DNA of 64,000 nucleotides, from NCBI GenBank assembly GCA_964016885.1, contig OZ024740.1, forward strand, positions 155,558,001 through 155,622,000, given 5' to 3'. The notes below the pieces were generated by a model. The model saw only the letters and a program-made list of their open reading frames with translations, ran no database searches and was not told where the DNA came from. The stretch's first letter is position 1. The number at the start of each line of letters is the position of its first letter. Source of the DNA: Eledone cirrhosa. Taxonomy: Eukaryota. Made by a program: the position numbers and the translations under genes. Of the stretch, positions 1 through 13,326 are shown piece by piece.

Positions 1-392
1 GTTTTCATTGAGCAGACTTATGATCAAAGGATTCAAGCTGTGACCATCTCAATTTCTTTTTACATCATCATCATCCTCATCGCTACCATCATCATTACCA
101 TCATCATCCTCATCATTTAACGTCATTCTCCATGCTAGCTACCAAGGGTTGTATCTTCAATCGCATTATGTGAAATATCCTTTCTTTTTTATTTTAATGA
201 CAAGGTATCATTGAGAAGGGTTGCAGACTTAATTGCTTGGGTTTAGCTCTTATCAAGTAATAATACTGCTGTCTCTTGGCAATCACATTCAACTGCCAAT
301 GGTTCATTTTATTTACTACTTCAAGTATATATATATATTTATTCTTTAGTCAGGTCCTCTGAGACTGGTTGGAGGGAGGGAAGTAATTATCC

Positions 393-590
393 TTAATCAT
401 TCAGCATTTAAAGTCAGAATTCTTTCACCTCTTTCCGGTTCAAACTGGCTATAACTAGCCACTCATACTAATGTTAAGGTATTGTTCTCAAAATAAATAA
501 TATCAAAATCTCATAGATTCGATATTATGTGAGATAATTATGTGAACATATAATAGTAAATATAGAGTAATGTAAATGCTAAAGGATTAA
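393..590. mobile_element. piggyBac-like MITE (decayed copy)
   Basis: TTAA at both ends, degenerate ccctttagcattta/taaatgctaaaggg termini, internal sequence shared with 9246-9468. Confidence 0.65.
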
Positions 591-1264
591 ACCAGAGACC
601 TGGCCTGAATGCTTACAACAAAGTAGACTTTGTTAAAGGCACCTAAGTAACATATTAAGTCTACTATCCAGCAGGATTTGAACTCAGAACGCAAATATCA
701 CAAGTTGTCTCAGCCAATCTACCACACTGGATTAGTACTTTATTTTGTTAACCTCAAAAAGATCAAAGGCAAACTGAAAAAAACAAAAATGTGCATGTCA
801 TCATTTTCAGTTGCTTAATCAGTGAATAATTTTTCACTCAAAATCTACATATTTTTATATTCATACTAATGACTAGTAGGTATACCGTTCAGGGTTCTAT
901 TCTGATGCAAAGCAGGTTTAGCAAATGTCTTTTACTACTAGTCATCCAAAGCCTTGTGAAGGAAATTTGTTAGATAGAAACTGTACAGGACCTTGTTGGA
1001 TGAACAAATTTGATGAACTGAACAAAAAAAAAAAAAAGCACCTTGTGATCCTAATTTCCAAAGTCAACTTGCATTTTGTTCTTTATGAGATTGGTACTAT
1101 TACTAGAAAAAACTAGTGGGATCATAACTGAATTGCTAAAAATATACCATGATGATTTCCCATTATCCCTGTCGTCCAATGACTCAAACCAATAAAGGAA
1201 TAGTAAAAAAAATAATAATCCAGATAATTTTGGTTGGATAAGAAAAAAGAAGACTGACAATATA

Positions 1265-1340
1265 CAGGATGCCCAAAAAATGTATACACACTTTATTAGA
1301 ATGCTGTTGAAGTGTGTATACATTTTTGGGGGACACCCTA
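1265..1340. mobile_element. Tc1/mariner-type MITE
   Basis: ~28-bp imperfect TIRs (caggatgcccaaaaaatgtatacacactt / aagtgtgtatacatttttgggggacacccta), short spacer, TA on both flanks. Confidence 0.75.
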
Positions 1341-2187
1341 TAGAAATGTTTCTGATATAAGAACACTATATCAAAATACGAGACTGAAGTGATGCCAAAA
1401 TGAAAAGATGCCAAAAGAAAAAGAACAAGTTAGCCAAAGATATATATGAAAAAAATATTAAAGATATATATTTAAAAAAAAGTAATAAGATTATTTGATG
1501 AAGTATAAGAATTATTCAACCATATTTTAACCTTTTCAAGACTACAAAATCTGGATGTGTTAATGTTGACTTTGATGTATCACTATTCAAACTTTAAATC
1601 TCCATTGTCATGATGAGATAATGTTTCAAGACTAAATAACAGATTATGACAGACATAACAGTTGTTCATACAGTAAATCATTTCAACTCTTCAGCCCTCT
1701 GTATCATTTGTAATTGGTTAGAACACCGTACATAAGCTGTTATATACTTTTGTCAATGAAATAAGTTATTAATTCCTTCTCTGCAGCTGAAGAATGGCAG
1801 TATATAATAGTTATAACATACATCTGCAGCATGTAGCTATTTTAAAACACATACACATGTATATATAGTAATGTTCACAAATCTCGATAAACAAATACAA
1901 TTTGCTAAATAATTCTTGTTGATACAGATCACTATTACTTTCCTTAGACTCCAATTTTTTTATAATCTATAAGATGTGTAGTTCAATTCCTCGCAGGCAC
2001 CTTTGTCCAATTTTTCCAGTCTTTTCTCAACTATTATTTATAGTGACTGGCTATTATTTTGGTCGTTTGTGTTGGGATGCACACAGTTCATATTTCAAAT
2101 TTTCTTAATGCTTCTTAAGTCAACTGCTTTATTTACACTTCTAGCTACAGGATTAAAATCTTTGAAAAAGATGGAATTAGAGGCCTG

Positions 2188-2340
2188 TGGTTCTTTAGTG
2201 TAGTGGTTAACATACTTGCTCGATATCTGAGAAATGTGGGCTTTAATTCCTTGCAGGAACCTCTATCCATATTTTTCCATCTCTAGGAGTACTTCATCCA
2301 ATTTTCTCAACCATTATTTATAGTGATTTACTATCATTAT
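2188..2340 (+). mobile_element. tRNA-derived SINE-like element; related partial copy at ~1970-2050
   Basis: Head ggttctttagtgtagtggttaa... with A-box-like and degenerate B-box-like motifs. The downstream ttttctcaac(c/t)attatttatagtga segment is shared between the two copies. Confidence 0.5.
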
Positions 2341-2540
2341 GTTCTTAGCTTTGCCTTTCATCTTTACAGGGTCCATAAAATAAAGCACCAGTAATGCACT
2401 GGAGTTGATTTAATCAATTTTAACCCCTCCCCTAAAATGTTTGGCCTTGTGCCTAAATAAGAAACCATTATTACGTTCATTTGCATTGAGATGCACACAT
2501 TTCATATTTCATATTGCTGGCAAAGAAAACCAATGTTAAA

Positions 2541-2724
2541 TAATTGTTTCTACTTTAGGCACAAGGCCAGCAATTATCCAGTACATTACTGGTACTTTAT
2601 TTTATCGACCCCGTAAGGATGAAAGGCAAAGTTAACCTCGGTGGGATTTGAACTCAGATTGTAAAGGGACGTAACTATGCTAGAAAGCATGGCGTCCAAC
2701 CCTCTACCGATACTGCCAATTCAC
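2541..2724 (-). mobile_element. tRNA-derived SINE, family 1 (MetaSINE-like core)
   Basis: Reverse complement carries B-box gagttcaaatccc and the core gcctttcatccttacggggtcgataaaataaagtaccag. Near-identical to 59141-59323. Confidence 0.85.
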
Positions 2725-5700
2725 AATGATATATATATATATATATATATATGCTATTAAGTTAGACATGGCCTGGGCGAATACTGGCCGAAACCTATCA
2801 AAGTTATATATATATATCATCATCATTTTTACATCCATTTTCCCTTGCTTACATGCACCCATATATATATCTACACCCATACATACCTACATACTTACAC
2901 ACATACATACCTATGTACATATTAGCATCAAGTTACAATGAAAGTAAAAGGAACAAGGAAGAATATAAATGATAAAGTAATTTAACATATTTACAAATGA
3001 TTTTACACAATATAAAACTGCAGTTTCAGAAATTGTTTTGCACTTTGATTATTTTCTTTTATTTATTGTCTTTATTCGATAAAATATACAAAATACAGTT
3101 CTGTTAGACTTTGTTCATAGAAATCTATGCCAAGTAAATATTCCACTTCTATCAACAAATGCCATAATTGCTGATAATAAAATATTACTTGCAGAAATCA
3201 GTACTAATCTTCATTAACTAATAATATTTTCATTATATGAAATGCAACTCAATTGCACTAATTACTTGCATAACTGCTAGTGGCAATCAATGTAAGTCAA
3301 TATCTCAGTATTAAACATCATTACTATCATCATCAAAATCATCATTATTACTGTTTTTAAATTTGCCTTTCTATTCTGGCATGGGTCAGATAGGACTTTT
3401 TTGAGGCAGTGTTTTAGGGTGCGGATGATTTCTTACTACCAACCCTTTAAATCATTTCAATATCAAACCTTGTGAACTTCCCCTAGTTCTATGATACAAA
3501 ACTGTCATTGTAAAAAGAATATGAAGGATGTCCAATGATTCACTCTCTCAATGTGTTATGTGATGCTGTCTAAGAATTTAACTGTATCTTATAGTGATTT
3601 AGCCCCCTTTAAACCATATGTATAAATAGGACACCTTGATTGAATTTAAAATCAAAATGTAAAACTTCAAAACAAATAATATTGCAAGGCATTTTGTCCA
3701 ACCCACCAATCTTATAACAACAATGATTTCTAATTTAGGCACAAGGCCAGCATTTTTTTGGGGGGGGGGGGGGGGGGGACTCGATTTAATCGACCCCAAT
3801 AATAATTTTAATATAGGTACAAGGGCTATATTAAAATTACTATGGAATCATGTGATTGTGAAGTAAGCTTGTTAACCACAAGGCTATGCCAATCCCCTAG
3901 CAGCATCAATTCAACACATGCTTATGCACACACAATTATGCATACATATAGCTAAACAATAGTTTATTGATATAATCAAACACATTTTTTTTTCAGATTC
4001 ATTCCCCCATAGTTTAACTATATAAGCATCAGTTTTTGATGGCTGTAAATGTTGCTGTTACAAAACTATTCTTCATTTATCTCAAAATAATAATAATAAT
4101 TGTTTCTATATTTGGGAAGGAGAAAGTCAATTAAATCAAACCCAGTGCATTACTAGTGCTTTAGTTTATCAAATACTCACAAAACACTAGTGACATTTCC
4201 CCACTAATTTCTTTCCTATTTAAAATTTATTTTTATTTAATTAAAATATAAAAAAAAACTGGTTTCAATTTTTTTTTTCAGTTTTTTGTTGCATTGTAAA
4301 ACATACGCTTGTAGTCTGTGATCATGACATCACAGTCTGAGTCAGTTTTCATATGGAGTTACTGCTCTCCAAGCTAGGTTGAGGGATCTCATCATGTATG
4401 TATGATACATTGAAAAGTTTAGCATGTTTTCTACAAGTACCCTTCCTAATGACTTTTCAGAAAGGGTACAGGGTGCATTTTATCATGTTACCTGCACTAA
4501 AAAAGTTTTCATGTTCGCAATATGACTTAAGACTCTTATTTCCTTTACATTATCTTCATTCCATTGTCAACCATAATACTTCACATACAGTATTTATCTC
4601 CTTCCATCTTTGTCATGCTAGCTTGCTCCTACATAGTTTTAGTAGGCCTCTGATAAGGTTCCTTCTCATAGGATGTTTCAATTATACAAACATAAGTCTT
4701 ATCATATCACTTTCTTTTATCAGGTGATGGGAGGCAGAATTTGAACTCAGATTGCACAGAGCTAGAACAGATATCACAAGGCATGCCTTCCAACACTCTA
4801 AACATCTTTACAAATACACTTTCCAGGATTAGTACTTCATCTATCAACCTCCCGAAAGGATGAAAAGCAAAATTGACAGGATTTGAACTCTGAGTGCAGT
4901 TAGTTAAAACATGCTGCAAGGCATGTATATCGATGCTCCAAAAACTTTGCCAATTCTCTGCTTTTGTAAACTTCCACAGCAAGTACAGTAAACACTTTAG
5001 AAAATTCCATTACTAATTTCTCAAAACCAGTATTATGGGAGAGATGTGCCTAACAATATACATCACTTCTATTACACAGCACTCCTTACCATAGCAATAC
5101 TAATTATATTTCCAAAGCAACAGATTTCATCAAACACTTTTGGAGATTCTATAATGTAAATAATGTTACTATCCATCATCATTCATCAGAGAATGCTATG
5201 TCATGCAATATATAGCTTGTCAATACTTGCCTTGTAATAAATGTACTTAGAGAATGGATTTATTACTTTCACACACCCAATACTGAATTGAAGTGGAAAC
5301 AGAGAAGATGGCATAGCAGCAGGAGAGCTTCTATCAATTATAGACTACTTTTCATTAGGCATAGTCATGGAAAGGGTGCAGTTGAATAGATTGACAACAA
5401 AATGTAACTGATGATTATCAATCCCAGAGAAAGGAATAGCTAAGTGAACCTAAGCCAGATTTGAACTCAGAACACTTAGTCAACTAAGATAGAGGGTGCT
5501 ACTAATTATAGACATTCTGAAGAAAGGTAAAAAAAAAAAAATAGATAAATAAACAAAAAAAATCCAGCAAGATTTGAAATCATGACAATCACATTCTCAC
5601 TAAATGTTGATTTTATTTATTGATAAATAACACGTGAATTTAATACAAATTAAAAAAATCGTAAATAAATCTATTTCAAATAACAACAACAGTACAGATA

Positions 5701-6992
5701 TTTAAAAACAGAAAATGAAGGCAAGGGCAAGGGTCACAGAAGAATGGGAGGGGGAAGAGGGAGAGTGATGGGCTCTAGGCCTAGGGCGTGGTGTGTTGGG
5801 GCTGCGCCCTGCAGACAAGACCGCAAAAGCATTTCAGACTAAATTAATCATTAGCCACAATAAAACATCTATTGCAATGTTTTACAATGTTGGTTTCCTA
5901 CCACATACCAGTGTGACAAATTTAGGTTAAAAACAAACAAGAATAGCAACTGGCAAAGCACTGAATACAGTTTGGGGGCAGAGGTTTTTAAAGCCTTCAC
6001 ACAATCTACTTACTCACAAATTAAATTACATAACTAAGAGACTTAGCGTGATACAGAATAGAGGTGTATATGGAAGCATATATATGTTTATGAATAATAA
6101 ACATACATAAGTCTCACTATGAGTATCTTAATGCTTTCATTACTATATCTTCTTCTTCATCCACTTATTTCTGGGATGGTTGTGGAGGCAGAGTGCTCAA
6201 ACATGCCTTCTAGTGGGTCCTATCAGAAGCAACCATCTCCAATTGATCTGACTGGTTCCCCAAGCAAGACCAACCAAGTGCATGGATGTTATTCATCCAT
6301 CTTACTGTTGGTCTGCCTCTTTAGATAAATATAAAGATATTAAAACAACCAGCTTTGCCTCATAGAAACTGGAGCAGTTTCAGATGGTTTAGTATCAAAG
6401 GGGTTAAGTTGTGATCATGTCACAACTACCCCAGAAACCATGTGTGGAGGGTGGGTGGGTTAAAATATGCACTGCAAAACTTATATTTGTTTATTATACA
6501 TAAACATATTACATATGCTTCTGTATATGTTTCTATACATATTGCAGAGTTTGGTAGTTCAGTAAACCATATTGTTATTGTTGTTATGGTTCACACTTAG
6601 ATAAGTTTAGCTGGCCTCCCATGAGGTTGCATTTCATTGGAGGTTTCTTGGGTGTTTTAATGACAAGGGCTCCAATTCTATCATGCCATCACTTTTCCAG
6701 TGATAGAAGGCGGAATTAAATCTCAGAATGTATAGAGCCAGAACAGATGCCACAAGACATTCATATCTGACATTCCAATAATCCTGCCAACCCACTGCCC
6801 TGGACTGGCACTTTATTCATCAACCCCAAAAGGGATTAAGCAATGTTGAGCTTAGTTAGTACTTAGAAGGGCAATCATTTGGGGACACCTAGGTGTTGTA
6901 AGCATTTTTACTATTATACAAACCCACATCAGTAAGAAGAAACAGACATTAAATGGTGGTAATGATGAATACTCATAAACATATATATGCAA

Positions 6993-7150
6993 CAAGCTTT
7001 TCAGAGTCTGCGTCAACCAAATTCATTTACAAGGTATTAGGTGGCCTAAGGCTATAGTAGAAAACATTTGCTCAAAGTGCGGTATAGTAGATGGAGCTCA
7101 AAATTATGTGGTTGTGAAGTGAACTTCTTAACTACACAGCAATGCCTGCA
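6993..7150 (-). mobile_element. tRNA-derived SINE, family 2 (decayed)
   Basis: Reverse complement has the head gcaggcattgctgtgtagttaagaagttc... and core tgttttctactatagcc...ttgtaaatgaatttggttgacgcagactc. Related pieces at ~920-990, 47205-47298, 49555-49990, 52930-53010 and 54650-54735. Confidence 0.6.
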
Positions 7151-7450
7151 CCTCTGCTTTATATAAAAGAAGCTCTCCATTATAAAACAAAATAATTTGA
7201 TGAGCTCAGATTTACCTTCACCAGAAAGTCTATTCAAATATTTGCAAGCCGTCAGCTCACGTTCATAGATAAACTAAGTACTAGTATAATCTTGACTGAC
7301 ATTTACATTTTTGTATCTTGTCTGATAACCAGCTTATATCATAAGCTTAACTTGTAGCTTCTCTACTGACCATATAGTCTTGAAGTGTCATCTTTGCTAT
7401 CCTATGAGACATACTCAGTCTATTCAAGTATTACTAGAGAATTGATATTT

Positions 7451-7982
7451 CATTGTATTTTTCTTTTTCATCAAGGATCCATTACAGATTTTGTAGAAGA
7501 AAATCTCAAAATGTTCTGCTTTGTTATCTATATTCTTCGTCAAAATACTTACGTAACTGAAGAACAAGACAATATACGATTCCATAAGAGAGCAGTATAT
7601 GCAGGCCTGTATATAGCTGGTAATGGGCCCAAACCAGATGTGAAATGTAACCTCTATCCCCAAGCAGGTAACAAGTCCAGAACAGATGTGAATTGTAGAC
7701 CCTATTTCAAACTACTCATTGTATTTTTCTTTTTCATCAAGGATCCATTACAGATTTTGTAGAAGAAAATCTCAAAATGTTCTGCTTTGTTATCTATATT
7801 CTTAGTCAAAATACTTACGTAACTGAAGAACAAGACAATATACGATTCCATAAGAGAGTAGTATATGCAGGCCTGTATATAGCTGGTAATGGGCCCAAAC
7901 CAGATGTGAAATGTAACCTCTATCCCCAAGCAGGTAACAAGTCCAGAACAGATGTGAATTGTAGACCCTATTTCAAACTACT
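7451..7982. repeat. Direct tandem duplication, 2 x 266 bp
   Basis: 7451-7716 and 7717-7982 differ at about 2 positions by eye. TCATT is present at all three junctions. Confidence 0.95.
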
Positions 7983-9245
7983 CATTAAATATTTAAGTAA
8001 CCAGTGATATAGTTTCTGTATGGGTTATGGATGTACATAATGTACTTTTCAAGTAACAGAACAGAATAAAAGGACTGGAAATTGAGGGGAGTAGGACACT
8101 TAAAATAGAAGTCAAATCTACTGTACGTAAATCACAGCCTATTTTCTGTGACACATTCTGTTGTAAGAATTTGGATTAGTCGTCATGGTTTATTTCCCTC
8201 TTTCTCATGTTAGTCTCAGAGAACCTACAGAAATGTCATCAGTATTTACCCTTCCTAAAACTGTATCTTACACACACACACAAAAAAAAATGGCCCATAA
8301 GTTGTATTTCTAATGAAATGCACTATTTTAATTAATTAGTGAAATATTTTGAGGAATTTACTAAAATTATTTATTATTCCATTACTTAGATAGTAACTTA
8401 CCATATGGTCTTTATATAAAATTATCCCAGAAGAGTTTAATTTAAATAAAAACCCTTTAAATTGGTTAGTTTTGTTTCATAGAACCAGTACCAATTTTGG
8501 CTAGGTTGATATGAAAAGGGTTAATTGTGTGACACACACACAGAGCCACTACATAGTTGATGAACTCGCTATAAATAGAAGCCAACATATTAGGTTTACC
8601 AACCAAAAACTGGTACAGTCCATCTGGTATGATTCTACAGAATCTATTTCACCTGTAACCATGTAACTGCATAGCAAACCTTTTAGTCATATTAGCATGT
8701 CATATGCATGCAATATCAACCTAAAATATGGTATGTTTTACAAATAGGCTGATAAAGTTATTTTGTATTTGTGTGCAGGTGTTTTACTATAGATCTGGTT
8801 GTGACATAAATGAGTTAACATACCTCATTCAAGAATGTGATACAATTTGAGGTTATGTAATACCTATAGTGAAAAGGTGAGGTCTAGTGGTTAGGGTGTT
8901 GGTTTCATGATGATAAAATCCAATCTTCAGACCAAGCAGTATATAGTCTCTTTGAGCAAGGTACTTCATGTCCTGCTACAGTCCACTCAGCTGAAAAAAT
9001 GAATAGCAGTAGCAGCAACTAAGGATTAACTTTGTATCAAATTGGTATCTGTCTTGTACTCTCAGTCACTTAACACCACTGACATTTTGATAAGCTGTAA
9101 CCTGATAATCTTCTAGGCTTAAGAATAACTTGAATTTTTTAATATGTATAGGCCATAAGCTCAATTGCTTATAGACATGGACGGCATGGTCCTGTAATTC
9201 CTAAAGGAGTCGTAGAGGCACTATACAGCATTTCTAGGACACTTT

Positions 9246-9468
9246 TTAACCCTTTAGCATTTAAACTGGCCATATCCGACCAGAATTCTCTCACCTCTTT
9301 CTGTTCAAACTGGCCACTCATACTGATGTTAAAGTATTGTTCTCAGCATAAATAATATCAAAATCTCATAGATTTGATATTATGCAAGATAATTATACGA
9401 GATAAATAAAGCAGTTACCATGAAAATACAATAGTAAATATAGAGTAATGTAAATGGTAAAGGGTTAA
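9246..9468. mobile_element. piggyBac-like MITE
   Basis: TTAA|ccctttagcattta ... taaatggtaaaggg|TTAA. Confidence 0.8.
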
Positions 9469-9564
9469 AACTGGCAGAGGCCATCCCTCTCCAGGTATGA
9501 ATACAGCAGATTTCTTCCAGATAGTCAAAGAGAGGAAATGAGAAAGAGATATAGAAGAATAATT

Positions 9565-9712
9565 AACCCCAGTACTAGACTGGTACTTTTTTTATCAATC
9601 TCAAAAGGATGAAAGGCAAAGTTGAACATGGCGGAATTTGAACTCAGTGAGTCGATATGAATACCACAAAGCATTCTATCCGATGTTCTAATGACTCTGC
9701 CAATTTGCCGCC
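9565..9712 (-). mobile_element. SINE family 1 (older copy)
   Basis: ctggtacttt...aaggatgaaaggcaaagttgaa...atttgaactcag core on the - strand. Confidence 0.75.
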
Positions 9713-10134
9713 TTGCTTATGGACATAGACATAGCCAGATGGTCTAGAATTTTGCTTTGCAATCATGAATCACTTGTGCAATCCCACTGTGTTGATATCT
9801 TGGGAAAGTGTCTTTTACCTGAACCTCAAGTTGACATAGGATGTGCATATTCTCAGAGTGACCTTTTCCTAGAGAGATGTCTTAATGAAGACTAGGAGTC
9901 TCTCACTCCACAAAAAAAAGAAAAAAAGAAAAAAAAAATTAATTGGATGGCTCCTGAGTACCCTTTGACACAAGCCTGGTGAGTAAAGTAATAAAGTATA
10001 TGGAAAATATGTGAAAACCTAATATATAGAATGTACATGGAATTCAAAGAACCAAAATTATCAAATATTGCCTATACTGATTCAACTTGAAAATTATTTG
10101 TAGGGGCCATATGTATGTGGAGTATTCAGTACAA

Positions 10135-10332
10135 TTAACCCTTAAACATTTACATTACTCTATATACTATTGTATTTTCACAGTAAAATATCAAATCTAT
10201 GAAATTTTGATGATATATATTTTGAGAAAAATATCTTAACACAAGTATGAGGGGCCGGTTACAGCCGGTTTGAACAGAAAGAGGTGAGAGAATTCTGGCC
10301 GGATACAGCTGGTTTAAATGCTAAAGGGTTAA
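10135..10332. mobile_element. piggyBac-like MITE, opposite orientation to 9246-9468
   Basis: TTAA|cccttaaacattta ... taaatgctaaaggg|TTAA. Interior is the reverse complement of the 9246 copy. Confidence 0.8.
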
Positions 10333-11185
10333 ACAATGATTTAATGCATCAGTAGTACACTTTATTGAACAACTGGATGCTCATCGTCGAAAATGGTGAA
10401 GGATCCATTAAACACAAATACTAAGCTACTGCACTTTTCAATGCTGATAATTAAAATATTTTTGGTGCAATCCAATTGATTCCAACTATAAATGAAGAAA
10501 ATATGTTTAAACATATAGTTCAACAGAATCTATTCATATTCCATTAAATAATAATTTCAAGAATAAATCTTATTTAATGAAAATTAATGTATAAGCATGC
10601 GTGTATATATGACTGTATTTACATACACATATACATACAATTATAAACAACCATTATAAATATGTAAGTATTATTAAAATCACATTTGTCATGAATTGCC
10701 ACTCACTTCATATTAGACAAAAGCAATCTACTTTAAGATTAATTAATCTTGAATATGTGTGGGGTTGGAGTAGAAAAGAAGCACAGAGAGAAAGAGCTGT
10801 CTTTACATTTAAATAACATCATTTGTAGACAAACAAAACAAGATGGAGAATGAAATATTAGGAGAAAGGGAGGAAGGGAAAAACCAAAATCCATACATGT
10901 TATAATAGTTGATCAGATGAAGCGAATTTGAAAATCAGTGACAGCATTGACAGAATTGAGTTGTTACAAGTCCCCAATCATACATATTTAATTCAACTCA
11001 TTGACTTTTCTCATAATATCTTTTTCCAAGATCGAGTGGGTGAAATACCCTCATCAATATGATTTGATTCTAATATGTTCAATATGGTTAAACTTTTACT
11101 TTCATCTATATTTTTCATATTATGTTCTGTTTTCAGACATTGTGTTGATACTTGATAAATACTTTGTTTCAAAATCATATCTGCA

Positions 11186-11386
11186 AACACACACACACAC
11201 ACACACACATATATATTGAGAAAAAGAGAGAGAGAGGGAGGGAGGGAGGAATGTATGTATATATATATATATATATACATAAATATATATAGAGAGGGAA
11301 GTACATATACATACATACATATATATATATATACATAAATATATATAGAGAGGAAAGTACATATACATACATATATATATATATAT
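11186..11386. repeat. Compound microsatellite (CA)n/(GA)n/(TA)n with a duplicated ~56-bp unit
   Basis: Direct reading. tacataaatatatatagagagg(g/a)aagtacatatacatac occurs twice. Confidence 0.9.
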
Positions 11387-11816
11387 GATGAAGGCATGTG
11401 GCTAAGTGGTTAGAGAACTGGATTCACAATCATGGGGTTGTGAACTTGATTCCCAGACTGTTATGTCCTTGAGCAAAACACTTTATTTCATATTGCTCCT
11501 TCTGCCGGGATTTGCAACTGGTAGATAGTATTAGAAATTGGAAAGGCCGATGGAAACATTGTTTCCTTGGTCCAATTTGGCGAGCTCCGCCCAACTCGTT
11601 AAGCAAATGAGGCCTGGGATCTTGATGATCAACTGTTATATATAATCCATGCAAGCATGGAAAGATAGACATTAAACGGTGATGATGATGATGATATATA
11701 CATATATATATGTGTGTGTGGAGATTTATGCGTATATGTACATATATATACATGGTATATTTTCTGTTAATTAATCAACTGACACTAGTGTATGCAGGAT
11801 AGAGCACTCAACAATT

Positions 11817-12178
11817 ATAACAATGAAGTAGAAACCAATAGGTTAGAATTTACATCAATTTATGGATTACATTATCACTGTTATGTATCAGTTACCATCT
11901 CATCACACAGCATGAATAGAAAATTACATGAATAAAATAACACAAACAAAAATAAATGAATAAAAATTACTTAAGCAGTTTCCATTCAGTGATATGCCAC
12001 ATGTGGGTTATTGGTGTTGTTTTCTGAAAGCCCTGCCAGTAAATTTTATTCAAGTAATAGATGTCTGATGAGAACGTAAGTGTTACATATCAGTTACCAT
12101 TGAAATATGTATAACAGTGAGTATGTAATCAATAAAATTAGGTAATTATTACTTACTGGTTTCTACTTCACTGTTTAT
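11817..12178. repeat. Diverged fold-back element, Penelope pseudo-LTR-like
   Basis: 11817-11912 is the approximate reverse complement of 12059-12178 (tgaagtagaaacca / tggtttctacttca; tcactgttat / ataacagtga), with a deletion in the left arm. Confidence 0.7.
12061..12117 (+). ncRNA. Degenerate minimal type I hammerhead ribozyme motif
   Basis: tgt-CTGATGA(12065-71)-decayed stem II-GAAA(12102-05)-tatgta-TA-aca. Same self-complementary stem III as the motif at 57768. Confidence 0.55.
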
Positions 12179-12182
12179 ATAT

Positions 12183-12809
12183 GGGATCAGATGTTGTTTA
12201 CTCGAGAGAAGGCTACATTGGTATGGTCATGTAATGCGCATGAAAGACGACAGCTGTATAAAAAAGTGCAGGGCAATAAAGATAGACGGTAGCCACGGAG
12301 TAGGCAGACCCAGAAAAACCTGGGACGACCTGATAAACTCCAACCTCACACACTTACACCTCCAAGACAATGTCACTGGACCGAGATCTTTGGCGGCACT
12401 CAGTAATAGAGAAGACACGCCTTACCTAAATACAAAGTAAAACCTACTACAGTCAGTAGGCATCTCTAACAAAATACACCCCCGTCCCACCACCCCCACC
12501 GCCCCTTTTGATGTAAAGTTATGTTGGTGCCACAACATCCAGGCCGAAACAAATGAGGTCGTGTAAGTGTCACGACAAAAAAACACACAGTCCACGCTGT
12601 AATGTGACCGTGTAGGCAACACGGTAAAAACCTCCCAGCCCCACACTGTAAATGTGGTTGGTGTTAGGAAGGGCATCCAGCCGTAGAAAACCCGCCAGAC
12701 AGTCCTATACGAGCAAGACAACCACTCTTGCCTCAAGTGGGAAAACTCCCGTCCAAACCCATGCAAGCGTGGAACATGGACGTTAAACGATGATGATGAT
12801 GATGATGAT
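12183..12809 (+). mobile_element. RTE-clade LINE 3' fragment (same subfamily as 13694-15531)
   Basis: Encodes ERRLHWYGHVMRMKDDSCIKKC...GRPRKTW, then the 3' UTR and a (GAT)n tail. Highly similar to the reverse complement of 13694-14313. Confidence 0.9.
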
Positions 12810-13162
12810 ATTGTTATACTTTGGGAGGGTCATGCTGCCAATAATAACACATACACCCGTTGGTTTTCATTTCAATCTATTATAGATTTCTGGTTGGTTG
12901 CTTGGTTGTGTCTCTCCTTTGTTCTGTCCTACGCCATCTTGTTTTTGTGAGGTGGTGTATGACAGAACGAAGGAGAGACACAAAATAAAAACCCAGTTAC
13001 TGAGGAGGTGACCGAATGTGTGAGGAAAGAGCTTTGGCAATATATAAACAACCATCTGGTTATCCAACCAACCAACCGGAAATTTGCAATAAATTGAAGT
13101 GGAAACCAATAGGTGCGTGTGTTTTTATTGACAGCATGACCCTCCCAAAGTATAACAATATC
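12807..13162. repeat. Nested fold-back element (outer ~90-bp inverted repeats plus inner hairpin 12907-12983)
   Basis: gatattgttatactttgggagggtcatgctg / cagcatgaccctcccaaagtataacaatatc; inner tgtgtctctcctttgttctgtc / gacagaacgaaggagagacaca. Confidence 0.85.
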
Positions 13163-13284
13163 TGTTTCAACACACGTTTTCAGATAAGAAATCTTGCAAA
13201 ACAAATTCAAAAACAAAGTATATATATATATATAAAATCCATGTCACCATGAAAATCAGGGATAAAATGATTATATATACATAC

Positions 13285-13326
<42 letters not shown>

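Noticed and set aside
2188-2261. Functional tRNA gene
   Set aside because: The T-arm/B-box is degenerate and the sequence continues into a repeated body, so a SINE head is more likely.
7385-8007. Duplicated 125-aa and 76-aa ORFs
   Set aside because: No recognisable domain or splice context; they are a by-product of the tandem duplication.
11011-11397. YI/CV-rich ORFs (also 22694-23039, 48965-49263, 57111-57449, 62259-62623)
   Set aside because: Translations of microsatellites and minisatellites.
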